Shown here piece after piece: positions 48,033-61,500 of a stretch of 64,000 nucleotides of DNA. The translations under genes and the position numbers were made by a program. Position 1 is the stretch's first letter, and every line of letters begins with the position of its first letter. This DNA comes from Penicillus capitatus (lineage: Eukaryota; Plantae; Chlorophyta): positions 1 to 64,000 of the forward strand of contig OZ287712.1 in NCBI GenBank assembly GCA_965649825.1, given 5' to 3'. Below the pieces are notes generated by a model. It worked only from the letters and a program-made list of their open reading frames with translations. It did no database searches and had not been told where the DNA came from.

Positions 48033-51000
48033 CTACAGATTGGGCGAATTTTGATCTGCCTGCGGGTTTGCATTGAACATTTCTATGTCAAAGGCTGACT
48101 TGAATTGATGGAGCATCCTCTGAAAGCGCGTCCCTGCTTCTGGCTCTCCGAGTGCTTTTTCGATGGCCACATCCAACATCGGCGTGCCGTACACGCGCTC
48201 CACATTCTTGTAGCTCCAAATCATCCCCGTCGGCCACTGAGCCTGAATCTTCTGCTCCATGATACGAAGCATGTGTGGTCGTTGACTTGTCAGATACGAT
48301 CCATCCAACACAGGCTCTGCATAGCAGTTCTCAACAGAGGGCAAACAGACACAGCCGCGTCGATCTGCTCCGAGAGAGGCAGTGGGATCGTACACCGTCT
48401 GCTTGTACCAAGCCACCAACTGTGCCCACAGGAATTCAGACTTGTACCTCTTGCAATAGACATTCCTCAGTTTCTTCTTTCTCCGGACGGCATTGCTCCC
48501 ATTTGCAAGCTATACACGAGATAGGGGGATATTGACGGAAAGTATTTCTGTGTGTACTTTTGGCAGATCAACATCCGAAAGATCGACAGGAGGGGAGGTG
48601 ACTGCCAGACATCTCCTCCCAGTGACGAAGTACTGTGTGCTTGCCTTCAGAAACAGCAAATCGTGCAGAGCAGCGTGTGCAGGATGTATACCCCTGGGCA
48701 ACACAAACACATGGAGTCATGGTCTCTCTCCATCAGCTGGTTGCTCGCTCGAGCACTTACCTCAGCTTTTCACAGATTTGATGTATTCCATCTCGCGCTT
48801 GACTGGACGTTGTTGGTTGATAGGCAGAGAGAAACTCCACGAAATCCGACAGATGATCCTTGAGTGTCTTTTCTCCGTTTCTCCTACAGGCACATCCGAA
48901 TGATGTGTCAACTAACGGCGGCAGGGAATGAGAGCACGCGTCTGCTGTGTTATCTCGGCATCCCTTTGATGCCAACTTGAAGGCTTCTTCATTTCTGCAT
49001 AGCCTTTCATGATACTCATTCAGGGCTGCCAGCGCTTGGTTCACAACAGAATTCTTGCCGGTCCACAGATACTCAATGATCTCACTCTCCGTGAGGAATC
49101 GCACAGGTGGTCCCTGGTGATACAATCAGCTGCCTGTATGAAAACGAGATGCTTCATGATGGTGTGCCTACCTCATCGTCCTGTTTCCTGAGAAAGTACT
49201 TTGCCTTGTCAAGAGTGATAAAGAGATTCTGGAGTCGATTGGCTTTCACACCATTCGCTTCCACTTCAGCAGAAAACTCTGTGTAACGCTTGTGGTTCTT
49301 CAACAGCTTCGATGGCAATTGGTCGCGTTCATATTCCACAAACTCTACAGGAGTTTACAGAATCGATCCTTGACATCGACATCTCAGAAGCCCCACCTAA
49401 AATGAGCGAAGCCCATTTCGTCAACCAGTCTGGGATCAGCACGTTTGGATCGGATGCAGCTTGAAGAGCATAGATCTTGAATCCATGTTTTCGAAGACGA
49501 GATCGATCTGCGTCTGTTAGTGACTCATGACATGCCCTCAGCAGCAGGGCCGTTCGATCGAGGAATGTGTGTTGCACAGACATCACCTAGATGAGTGCAT
49601 TTCTCGTGAGAGCTCTGAGAGATGCAGACAGGAGTGACATCTCGGAAGGCTGAGCTGTCAGCGTAGTACAGAAAGCTTCCGCGACAGGCAGATGTGCCAC
49701 AGAGACAGATGGCAGCTCTGTACTCCTTTTCGCTCTCTGTGACACAGGAATAGTCCCACGTGAGCTCTTCCCCTTCCTGGATGTCTCGCAGAGTGAAAAG
49801 AGCGTTCGTTACGTGTCCTTCTGTGCAGATAGACACGGTCTGGCAGTTTGGACTGCAAGAATGGCACAATCGAGATGCATAGTTCCCACGATCGGCACTC
49901 TGAAACGCATCCACGTCATTTTGCGACTTCAGATGATGAAGGACACTTGCTTCGACGAAAATTACGCCGTATCCAAGATCGTCTTCACGAGGTCGTTCGA
50001 TTTGGATGTTATAGAAATCTGGGAGATCACTATCGGGATTCAGTTTCTTGATAGCGTCCTGTCGCTCGAACCATCTCCAAGGGGTGTACACTTCTCCAAG
50101 GTACTCCTCGACAAATGTGCCCTTTGGCAATCCACCCGGTCGACAACAGATGATACCCTGGCCCTAATCGACACCAAAGAGACAGAGAGCACTCACGCAT
50201 CGAAAACAGAGAGGGCGTGACAGGAGGACCTTGGGATGGGATCGGAAGTTATCAGTCACATCGGCCAGTTTTTCCAGGCGCTCTTTGTCGATGGTCTTGG
50301 GCGTCCACTCTCTCAGTTCCAGACACTGCATCAGTTGCAGCATTCGATCCGCCGTCTGCGACAATGCCAGATTGCCAATGGCCATTGTCCGCCTTCGAAC
50401 CACTTCCATGGCGCCAAACATATTCCTGCATCAACCCCCCGGCTACCCAAAAATGGCCTCACGCATTCCACGCCATACCATCCCTCGTCTCCCAATGCAT
50501 TGAGTGCTGACAACAGATGTCTCTCAATGAAGCCTGAACGGATATCCCCCTCTGTCGTTTCGAGTGCCATGAGTTCAGGACAGAGTTCCAGACAGTCATA
50601 AAGCAATTTTCTGGTGAAACAATCCAAGCCCCAGACAGAACATTCCTTCACATCTTTGCCCATTCTGCATCGTTCAGGAAACTCCTTCAACCGAATCGCC
50701 GCATGTACAGCTGCAGCCGCCTTTCCCAGCCAGGCACGATCGTCTCCCTGATCCAGGCATCCATCCATTCACCACAGGAAATCCATGCAGACACAAGACA
50801 TACGGTCAGATCCGTTCGGAGGCCTCGGTTCAGTGTATCCTTGTCCACTTGCTCGACGACGTCATTGGCGATCACGTAATCAGTAAAGGATGCGTATGGC
50901 CTGGGTGACCAGGGCACTCGACGCCAATCTCCCTGTCAGATGTTCTAAAACAAGAATCCCCAAATCGAGAGCAATGGAAATACCTGAAAACATGGCTCCA

Positions 51001-51133
51001 TGTTGGCATGGAGCATCTCATACGCCCTCACGATATCGTCTCTTGAGATCTTGATGCCACCATGCACGCCATTCTTCGGTTTACTCTCCGCTGGAATGTC
51101 GTCCGTATGACTCCTTGCATTCCTGTCAGGCAT
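48033..51133 (-). CDS. ATXR3: SDG2/ATXR3-like SET-domain histone methyltransferase
   Basis: FVEEYLGEVYTPWRWFERQDAIKK..PDFYNIQIERP..D..GY..FVEA; NYASRLCHSCSPNC; GEELTWDYSCVTESEKEYRAAICLCGTSACRGSFL; QLVAWYKQT..DP..SL....RGC..LP. Confidence 0.88.
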
Positions 51134-51368
51134 TCATATCTGTGATGGAGCAGTCAGCCATCACTATGGGACGCACGTGGCAACAAGGGCATTGTCCGAA
51201 GACGTTCTCGCTTTCTTGCTGCGTCGCCGTGTCTGCATTTGTCTCTGAGCAATTCCATCTACCGTGCGATGCCTCCATTTAAGCATTAATTGGACAGAAC
51301 GCCCATCATTTCCAGTGACGAGCGTCTCACGTCGTCGTCGTTGCCTTCAGAAAACTGTCATCGGAACG

Positions 51369-52163
51369 ATGGAAGCCAAAGACAAACTGGATATGTCGTT
51401 GGAAGATATCATTAAGCAACACGAACGGCGAGGAGGAGGCGTCCGCGGTCGCCGTCGCGGTGGCGGTGTTTTCAAACCCGTCGCTATTGGGCGCGCTGGG
51501 TTTCGTCGCGGCGGACGGGGTGGCGGACGGGGTACCCGCTTATTAGGAGCTGGGCAGGCCTTTGACGAGCCACTCCTGGATGCCCGTGGCAAGTGGAAGA
51601 AAGACGCATCCACTGCGCCTCCCCGTCGAAGGGCGAGTCAAAGCTTCCAACCCAGACAGCGCCAGAGCTACAGACCCGTCACGATTCCGCAGAGACGGCC
51701 GACCACAGTCGTCTTATCCAATGCACCACCCGAAGACAAACTGTGAGATCTCAGCCGACCGCTGCATCATCATGTCTGAATGCCATGCACAACATAGGTT
51801 CCTGTCCAACCTGGAGTACCGCGTTAGTGAACGTGATCTGCTGGAGCTGTTCTCCCAGATTGGGCCCCTCAGAGGTGTACGTGTGAACTACGATAAAAGG
51901 TGAGACAATGCATGACTGCTGTAAAGCCAGGGTTGCTGCAACACGTGGGTGTCTGTAGCGGACGATCATTGGGAACAGGAGAAGTGACATTTGAAGTGCC
52001 CATTCATGCGACCATTGCCGAACGTCGTTTCAACGGCATCCTTATTGACTCGAAACCGTTAGTCATACAGAAGAGTGGTTCCCTGCAAAGCGGACAGAAC
52101 ACTGGACCGACTAAGCTGTCCTCTGGCATCACAGTAATACCCTATTCATCAGATCGACGCTAA
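51369..52163 (+). CDS. ALY: mRNA export adaptor ALY/THOC4/Yra1 (3' end uncertain, may extend to 52547)
   Basis: KLDMSLEDII; RGG-rich linker; RRM LSNLEYRVSERDLLELFSQIGPLRGVRVNYDK|SGRSLGTGEVTF...RRFNGILIDSKPL. Confidence 0.88.
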
Positions 52164-52574
52164 ATGATTTGTACATCGTACTGTCCCATCCGATTAAAGA
52201 TATTCTCCTGTTGAGTGACGATGATGTTGTGACCCTCCTCGAAGTGTCTTTTTTCACCCGCTGAGTCCTTATCGGGTGTTGTGGGTGTGAAGGTCATGGA
52301 TCCGGACGAGGCACCGCCTGCTGCTGCCGCCGGCGGACGTAAACCTGGAGATATGCATACTGTACAGTCACTCAAATCTGCCGTTGTTGCCACAATTGCC
52401 CCGGAGCACCAATCCTTTGGCGGGAGTAGCACGGCGGGAGGTGGGGGTGGTAGTGGTAGTGCCGTCACCAGTGGCCCCGCAGGTCACCGACTTCGCAGCA
52501 GTATCATGCGCAGCGGAATGTACTCGGATCGAATGGACATTGGATAGAATTGGTATCTTTAAGAGACAAGGTTC

Positions 52575-53006
52575 TCAAGTAGGCTGTCTGGGATCTGCCC
52601 TTTCATCATCACAAAAACGAGACTCGTGTGATTCTGTCTTGAAGACGACGTCTTGGAAGTCCTTCTCCCAGAAACGACGCGCCTCGTCTTTCGTGCGATG
52701 CTGCCAGATGGAAGGCTCTGGGCTTCGTGGGTTCGGTCCTGTGTACAGTCGGGTCTTTCCACCCAAACAGCGCCACATATCTGAAAGAGTGTCCTGACAA
52801 GTATCCAAATCTCCCTCAATGTAGTAGTTCTGCAGTTGGTGTGTGGGAGCTACGAACAAGCGAGACAACGAGTGAGATCACTACTGCACCGGGACACGGC
52901 AGGCAGACTTACTGAAACACCACCACACGGCATCGAAGCGTTTGATACACGACTCTTTCTGGATGGACTCGTGGACGGAGGCAGACGCGTCTTTCTTGTT
53001 TTCCAT
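52575..53006 (-). CDS. DUF3128 / C22orf39 / EMI1-like small protein (2 exons)
   Basis: SCIKRFDAVWWCF|TPTHQLQNYYIEGDLDTC...DMWRCL...IWQHRTKDEARRFW. Confidence 0.8.
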
Positions 53007-53102
53007 GACGAAGGCGTGTTTGGCAATGACGACTCGAAGCAGCAGGATACGTCGTCATCCACTGTCGCATCGGACGATCTGACGCGGCGAGTTTTCTAAG
53101 AG

Positions 53103-54410
53103 ATGACGCTTTCGGCGAGAGAGATGGTCGCTGCGGTGACGGACTGGAACACCGTCGCTGTTTTATGCTTGACGACGGTGATGACTGTCGGAGGCACGCT
53201 TTGGTGGCACCATCCTCGACAACGCGAAACCAGACTGTCGGACTGGCCACGAATTCTTCCCATGTTCCTTCGAGCCTTGACTGGAATGGCGACGAAACCC
53301 AAAAGACTTGATCCAAGCATCACAGAACTGCCTCGACTAAGAGTCCATGCTCTGAACCCCCGTGCCTTCTGCAGATCTGCCTTGTGAAGGTGTCTCTGAA
53401 ACAGCATCGCCCATTAGATATCTCAAAAGTGAAGAGATTCCTACGGTTGATCGGAGAGGATGATGGTGCAGCGAATGGCCAGCCTCATTTGATGTACTTC
53501 ATCGTCGAATCGTTCCGTTTTTGCATCTTCCTCCTGACGCACCCACTCTTTCCGTTGTCCACAATGGGAGCCCTTCTGCTGAAACACACTTCTGAACAAC
53601 TCGAAGACTGCACGTGCAAGACACCACTACACTTCATGTTTGTTGACGACACCTGCTTTGACGGAAGAAGATGCCGATGGAAGAAATCCTGCTGCTCAGG
53701 TGCGAGCTGCTTCCCGCAATACGGAGAACGCCGAAGGGTGACATGGAAGTGGATGTCGTCAACCGAGCGTACAGAGAAGGCAAGGCCGATTGGACGATGA
53801 GAACGACCGAGACGTCTTTTCAAATCTCTTTGTGGCAGATGGGGTGCTTGTGTGGAAAAGCACCACGACGGTGATCTTCATCGACCCAAACCGCAGACGG
53901 CAAACATCCTCATCCATCAAGACACAGATCTCGGATCTCCCTCAGGTCTGTGTGAGGAGAAAGGAAAGACGAGAGATCAGGTGACTGGCCTAGGAGATCA
54001 AGGGAGACCTCGTGAGCCTGCTGGATCTCCCTAAGAACGCAGGTCGGCGGTACGGCTGTTTGAATGGAGACCTCAATCCGATTCATCTCTGGTCTTGGAG
54101 TGCCCGGCCCTTTGGATTCAAACAGCCCATTGCCCATGCCCTCTACCTCATGGCACTGTCTCTTTCAAAATTGCAATCAACAAGACGACAGCTGCCTTCG
54201 TCTGGCCAGTCCCCCGGAACCCAGTCCAAAAGACTCAGCGCGAGGAGACTCGCCGCCGAATGCAGAAGACCGGCACTCCTCCTTTCACAGCTTGTGCTCA
54301 TGAAGCAGAATTCGAAGGAAGAGGAGGAGGACGGTGACATCCATTTCTGTCTGACGACTGCTGATCGTCGTAAACATGTGTTGATGGGTACTGTTACATG
54401 GACCACCTGA
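53103..54410 (+). CDS. MaoC-like (hotdog-fold) acyl dehydratase with N-terminal hydrophobic anchor
   Basis: GRRYGCLNGDLNPIHLWSWSARPFGFKQPIAHA matches the MaoC hydratase motif D.NPIH; HPLFPLSTMGALL segment; multi-exon. Confidence 0.75.
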
Positions 54411-54638
54411 TTGAATGAGACTTGGCCGAATTGTCATTCATTTCCCAACGTTGACACGATCACCGCGTCGAGTCCGAGAAGTTCGACGTCCTCTTCTGAC
54501 GAATTCTGGTCCTGCTGTAGTCTGACATCGTCCTTCAGCGTTATCGGTTTTCCATCTTCGCCACGTCGCTCGCAGACGACAGAGACAACGCCAACCGAAA
54601 CACAGCAACATCCAGAAAGAGCACCGAACTCACCAGAA

Positions 54639-57419
54639 ATGTATCGACCACGACAGGGCGGCATATCGCATTATGGCAGTGGGGCTGGCAGCCTGTACGG
54701 AGCTGGACCGTCAGGGAGTATCTATGGAAACGGCTCAAAAGGACACGGGCGCAACAAGGAAGAGCGTACACTCTCGGTCACGTTTACTCGAGGAGATGGG
54801 GATAAAGTACACAGACAAACAACCCTGTCTATATGCAGGCAGCATCCAAGTCCATGTTCTGTGCGTCCAGCATTGCAATGGCATTCAAGCACTGCGCATT
54901 CACAATGGGAATCTGTATTCGGCATCGAGAGATTCGACGATTAAGAGATGGGGATTGCGGGATGATCATCTCCCTGTCCTGCGTGGGAGTTTTGAAGGGC
55001 ACTGCGACTGGGTCAACGATATCACATTCGTTGAGCAGTACTTGGCATCGGCATCGTCCGATGGGACAGTCAAACTATGGAGGTCAGAAAAGAGAACGTG
55101 CATTCTGACCCTGACAGATCACACGGACTACGTCTCCTGTCTGGCAAGTGCACCCGGACACTCAATTCTCACTTCAGCCGGGCTCAGATCTGAGATCTTT
55201 CTCTACGACCTGGAGGTGGGAGATACGTCTCATGGCCGATGGCGCTTACCATGGTGTGGTTGGTCTGTCTAGCACGATCTGAGAACGACGCGAAAACTGT
55301 TTCCGCCTGAGGATGCTTCGGACAAAGGCAGTGTTTACTCATTGGTCATGGATCCGGATGCACGTCTCATTGCTGCGGGTTCGACTGATGCTGTCATCCG
55401 ACTCTTCGACATTCGCGAAGCCATGAAGATCATGAAACTCAAAGTTGACGCTCACTCTTGCATCCCCTTCGCGTGTTCATGTGGATCTAGGGACACACTG
55501 AGAATGTAAGGTGTCTGGCAATGAATGCAGATGGAACCCGATTGCTTTCTGGATCCTCTGATCATTCTATCAAACTGTGGGATCTGCGCCATCAGCGATG
55601 TGTACAAGTGTGCATGCATCTCAATGGTATGACCGGGTGTTTGTGAGTCAGGCATTGCTTGCTGTCTAGACCTTCCACGTTCACAGCGACTCTGTATGGA
55701 CGATTTTGACGACAGACAACTTCGACGTCGTCGTCAGTGGAGGTCGAGACAAATGCGTTTTCAAGACGAACCTGGCCACCCGTACCAGCGAACTCCTTTT
55801 CAATGAGGACGAACCCATTGCACACATGGTCTGTCGATCGATTGTGCTACAGAGAGTGAGTGATGTGACATGTGTGTGATATCTCAGGCACGTGGATCAG
55901 AGAATGCACTCTGGGTGGCCACGGCATCATCATCTATCAAGAAGTGGAATGTCACATCGGGTCTGTCAGGAGACTTCAATATATGGACAGCCATGGAAAC
56001 AACCAACAGGGCTGTACCAGGTCGCGCCTTCTTGATTGCAGGAACATCGGGTCGCCGCAGTCTGGAGACTGTCACCAATCTGCCCCCTCTGCAGAATCGC
56101 CCTTCTCAAATCATAGAGGGTCTTCCAGCCATCGTCGAACACGCTGTACTTAATAATCATCGTCGCATCTTGACCAGAGATCGTTCTGGGAACGTCTCTC
56201 TTTGGGACGTGACCACCGGATGCGAAATAGAGCAGTATGGAAAGATCGATTTTCAACAAAAAGTCGAGGAACTGTATGAATTTGCAAGTGTACCTCGGTG
56301 GTTCTCAACTGGTGCGTACCACTCATCATCTCTGTCCATCGTCAATACAAGTCTGTCGGTGCAGATAAGCGTCTAGGACAGCTCACCTTGGTTTTGAAAT
56401 ATCCTCAATGCTACGAAGCAGAGTTCTATGCCGTGGATCTGGGTGTCGATGCCCCGGAAGACAAGAGACTCAACTATGGCGAGTGTATGTTGAAAGGGCT
56501 CTTTGGACGTTGGGCGATGGAATGTGGTCTGCCTCTGCGAGAGGATGCTGATACCATCGATGTGTGGGGAACAGATTGGATCGACAGAAAAAAGAAGAGA
56601 GTCGCCAGTTTTCGATTCTGGGACGACCCTCGTGTCAGAAGTCTGTGCCCGATCCCTTCACGACTCGATCTGCCGTGATGCCTCTTCAGTTTTTGTGTCC
56701 AGTACAAAGAAATCGACAGAACCGTGGAAACTGTGTGTCTCTGATATCAACGGTCGTGCGAGTGAGACAGGTGAACTCGCCGAATGGATCACAGACTGCG
56801 TTCTGCGAAATCGCATTGCTCAAATCCGAGATCTGAAGTGCTCCTTCCATCTTGTACCTTATGATGTAGGAGTGACGACCACGAGTCTATGGCAGATGGC
56901 CTCTTTATGGTGTGCCCTTAGGAATCCGTTCCACGAATAAGCCAAAGCAGACTGAATGCTCCGCGCATTCTGCAAGTTCGAAAGGTCTTGGGACAAAGCT
57001 GTTGGTTGGTTGGGGCACTTGTGTATTGACGGTCTGGTCTGTAGGTGGCGCAATATCTCAAACAGAAATTGGCAGATCTGGATCCTCCGTTTCCTGTGCA
57101 CATCATTCCGTATGATGTGGATCCGAATGAGAGTCAGGCGGATTCCGAAGACACCAGTAGCATTCCCGATGAGATGGATCTCGATGTTCCCGAAGTTGAG
57201 CTCCTTTGCCATGGAGAAGTGAGAACGGAATGTTGAATGCACTCCTCTTACAGCCGGACTTCTGTTTTGCATTAGGCCGTCCCCTTTTGGATGAGTCTAT
57301 CTGCCATTCATGAGTATCTGTGGAAGTCCGCTCAAGATCTCCAGTTTCAGTATCGTATACGAACAGATATCCCTGCGCCTGCCCCACAACTCATCCCGCG
57401 CAAGACGCAAACTACATAG
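54639..57419 (+). CDS. WDR48: WD40-repeat deubiquitinase cofactor WDR48/UAF1 (plant LRS1 type)
   Basis: GDK|HCNGIQAL...[13 protein letters not shown]; [11 protein letters not shown]; [12 protein letters not shown]; HTDYVSCLA; GHTENVR; [13 protein letters not shown]; VPRWFS; [12 protein letters not shown]; C-terminal [12 protein letters not shown]...LQFQY. Confidence 0.93.
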
Positions 57420-57493
57420 ACAATTCTGTAAATGCACGTGCATTGACACGCTAAGTACAGTTGTTCTGTCGCTCATCGTCACGTTGCACAAAG

Positions 57494-58533
57494 TTACATC
57501 AGAGCATTTGGCTGAGGAAAATGCCCTGGCATAAGAAAATGATCTGGCCCGTAGTTGAATAGAAGCTCTTGTCCAGCAATGAGTGACTGCATCGTAATCA
57601 CCACGGCGAAAGGGAATCCAAATACATAGGCCGACTGAACTGTGGTATTCTCCGGTGCGACAAGCTGTGGGGGATCTAGATCATCCGTCGAGAACCTGAG
57701 CTTCTCTCCATTCAAATAGGGATCCCTATAACCACACTCGGAAACACAGGCAAATACTCTGTTGACCATACAACTGAACTGGATGCTCCGTGGCGATCCG
57801 AGGGTCATTGATCAGGCCGCCAGGACTATTGTAGCCATACGGCGAGATATCCAACGGCACGGTTTCCTGTCTGCCTGTAGCTGGATTCACAATGTGGAGA
57901 TCCGTTTCCATCATATAACGCCTGAGCTCGCATTCCCATTCCTGGACAGTACGTGTCCAGTTCTTCCGAGGATTCCGTACCAGATTGTAATCCGTGACGT
58001 ACCTACACGCTGCACAGTGCGTCAGTCAATCAAGTGGCAAACAAGAGACCGTGGCAAGATCAGTCCTCGATAAACACCCAGCACCGTGTCCATTTCGATG
58101 AATTTCCTCGCCCGTACACCATTCTGTCCCCTCAGTTTAACCCGTGGATCGGTGTCGGGGATTTTGAAGATCTCACAGAGATCCATCCTGCGGAGCAGCT
58201 GACTGAGCAAAAGGCATGCGCTTCTGACACCTGCCTGAAGTCTAGACGTCGAGGGAGATATATCTCAAGACCGAGAGCGTTGCTGTAGATGAGATTGGAT
58301 GAATGGAATCGCTTGGCGTCTTCTATGAGGTCCATCAACTGTTCAGTAGCTTTTTGATTCACGGCGTTCGATTTTGTTGGCTTGAAGACGATTGGAATTT
58401 TGTCCAGCCGTTCGCATTTGCGGTACTTTCGGTGGACCATATTTCTGAAGGCCTGCATCAATCCTTCCGTCAAGAAGCAGCCAAGGACAGGGTCCTCAGC
58501 CACTCGGATACCTATGGAAGCTTTCCGGGACAC
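57494..58533 (-). CDS. SET-domain protein (divergent; start uncertain)
   Basis: GQNGVRARKFIEMDTVLGVYRG; GGLINDPR; ITMQSLIAGQELLFNYGPDHF. Confidence 0.7.
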
Positions 58534-58570
58534 TCAAATCAGGAGAGTGTCGAGAGAACTTGGAAAGACG

Positions 58571-61500
58571 ATGTCACCGTCTTCTTCTCGAGCGGCGACA
58601 TCTCGCCGATCACCAACTTCGTCCAGTATACGACGAAAGAAGGAAAGTCCTTCACTCTCCATTTCGTCGTCGGTGCAATTCTGCCGATGTCAACGCTAAT
58701 GAAATGTCATGTCCATGTCATCTGCGTCCATCACTGCAGTCGTCGCGCAATGGAGAGTACTTCAAGCGAGATTTCCGACGTCGAGATGGGACACACGTGC
58801 ATGCAACGTGCCATGGACGTCGAGCGTCACATTCTAACTGAATACAAAGCAGAACTTGACAGGCGAGACCAAGATCTGAAAGAAAGAGAAGATGCACTCG
58901 CACAAAGAGAACGCCGTCACATCACACATGGAGAAACACTCACGGCGTCGAGAGTGCGTCGTTTCCATATTCCCTCCGTCTGCTTAAGAGGAGAAAGCCA
59001 CGCAGGCAGAAGAGCTTAAAGACCGGGAAAGGCCGACGGAGAGACGCTTGGTGTGCGATGCATCTCCGCGAAACTTCGAGAAGAAAGAGCGCATACTGCG
59101 CCAGAGACTTGAAGATCTGCAACAAAATGAAAACGCATTAAAGCGTCGGGAAGAGACTTCGAATCTTGTACACGACGAGGTCTCTGCGATGATGGAATCG
59201 CTGAGTCAGTCTCTCAACCAACTGGCGTCGGACCAAGCGACGCTGGCAAAGCAGAAGTCGGATTTCAAGAAAGACGTTCAAGTGTGGCCCGCCCCATGCC
59301 GTGCTGAAGATGTTGATCGTGAGGGTGATGGATGTGCAGACGCACACGGATTGGTTTCGTGGAAAAGAAGAAGGATTGCTCGAAGAGATTCAGGAAGTCG
59401 AGAAGGAATGTCAGAAGAGAAGACATGAACTGTTCGCCTGTGAGCACGAGAGCAATCAAACACTCAAATCCCTCGAGGCCGCGATCGAAGAGGCCAGACA
59501 AGAAAGACGACGAGACGAGCAGGAACTCAAAGAAACGCAACAGAAGCTGAAGACTTTAAAAACGAAAGTTGTCTGGATGGATGGCATCGGATCGTTCGGT
59601 GATGTGCGTGTTCGTTCGTAGGCGAGTGAAGAAGAGACGAACAGTCGCCGACTGGCTACCTCGGTTAAAGAATCGAAAGAAGAACTCAGAAGAGTGAAGC
59701 AAACGACTGAGAAGACGATTGAAGCTGGAAGACAAGATGTGCAAGAGATCAAAAAGCACGTAGATGCTCTGACGGTCGAAGTGGATCAGTTGTCGAAGAA
59801 GCGCGACGCACTTCACATTCAGATCCAGAAAGAGAGTTTTCAACACGAACAGGACACCCAAGTATAAACGATCTTTGAATCGTGATGGTGGTTGGCAGCT
59901 TCCAGCAGCGTCATGAGGCAATGCTGAAGAGAAAAGCGAGTGACTTTGAATCGGAGCAGAAAAGAACGCGTCAGGAACTCGAGGAGTTGATTTCTCGACA
60001 CGAGATGAAGATGACGCAGTGGCAACAGTACACGCGAGAAGAAGATACCAGACATCAGATGATAAAGAACCAAATGGAAACGGAGCAAACACGGTCACAC
60101 ATTTGAGCGCTCAGATGAAGTGTGACGAGAGACCTCTAGGCTGAAGCAGATGAATGGGCAGTTGGAAAAACGCGAACACGAAGTAGCTGTTTCGATGGAG
60201 GCTCACGAGAAGGAGTGGATAACGGCAAGAGAGGAGATTGAACGTGAAGCGTCTTTGCTGAAACGGCAGATGGAAGCTCTTCAAGAAGAGAGATTTTCAA
60301 TGCAACAGAAGGAACATGAACTGGAGATGGAGAGAAGGGAGATTCATGCAATCAAACTTCGTCTTGAATCGGAAGCAGCTGCACACATCCAAGTGCGTGG
60401 TCTCTGATTTCGGTTAGTGCGTGGAATCGCTGTTTTCCATCGCTATAGGAGAAAGAAAGCGTTCTGCGGGATTGGGAGACTCATCTCGTAAAGAGAGAAA
60501 AGGAATTCGAGAAAATGAAAGATGAAGAGATGTGTAAAATCGCCGGAAGAGATCAAGATGTGGCACGCAGATTGCAGGCTTTGGATGTCGAACGTGCAGA
60601 TCTCGAAGAGGCGGAGTGTGCCTTTAATAAGGTAAGGAAAGAAAATCATCAAGCATGTCTTATGTGTTGCATGCACAGTATCAAATCTCCAAGGAAGCGG
60701 AACTGGGTGCACGAGAAAAGCGGCTGCAGGCCACGCAGACTGAACAGGAAGAGCGAGCTAAATCTCTTCAGGAGATGAAAGAAAGATGCACCTCGGCTAT
60801 GAAGCAGCTCGAAGTGAGCGAAGAGGCGTCCGAGCGAAGCAAAACGGAGGTGGGTCCGGCTATCCCGTCACATCATCGCAAGTTCCCGGAGCTTCCTTGT
60901 TCAGCTAAGGGCATCCCTCCGCGAGGCAGCGGTGCTGAAGGAGGATGCCAGTGCGGTGAAAATGAGGTATGAAGAAAAGGTTCGGGATATTGAAGAGAAA
61001 GAGCAAGCCGTTGTCGAGTTGGAAAAACAGATCTCCGACAAAACTGCTCAATTGAATCAAGCGTCAGAGGTGATGCGAACTGCCATCGCTTTGAACGTTT
61101 CCTCCGACTGACGAAAGAGGTCTAGGATGTCCAGCTGCGAGAGAATCAGGCTGAACAGAGAGAAAAGAAGACGCAGAGCAGGATACAAAAGCTGAATGAA
61201 CAGCAGAGCCGATTGAAGGATCGAGAAAAGGAATTGGAATCGCTGTCCCGACAGGCAGAAAACAAGAGAAAAGAATCTTGCAAGGAGGCAAGAACACTGA
61301 AAGAAGAAACTCGGATTGCGCTCGCTGCCAAAAAGTATGACGAGTCCTGTCGTTTTGCTGGAAGTGAGAGAGTTTGGACACAGAGCCCTTGTCGATATCG
61401 AAAAGGCATTGGCCGAGAAAGAAAACAAGCTTCACGAAACATGGAAGAACATTTCCTTACAGTTACGCTCCTCTCATCACGGCATGGAAGACGATAAGGA

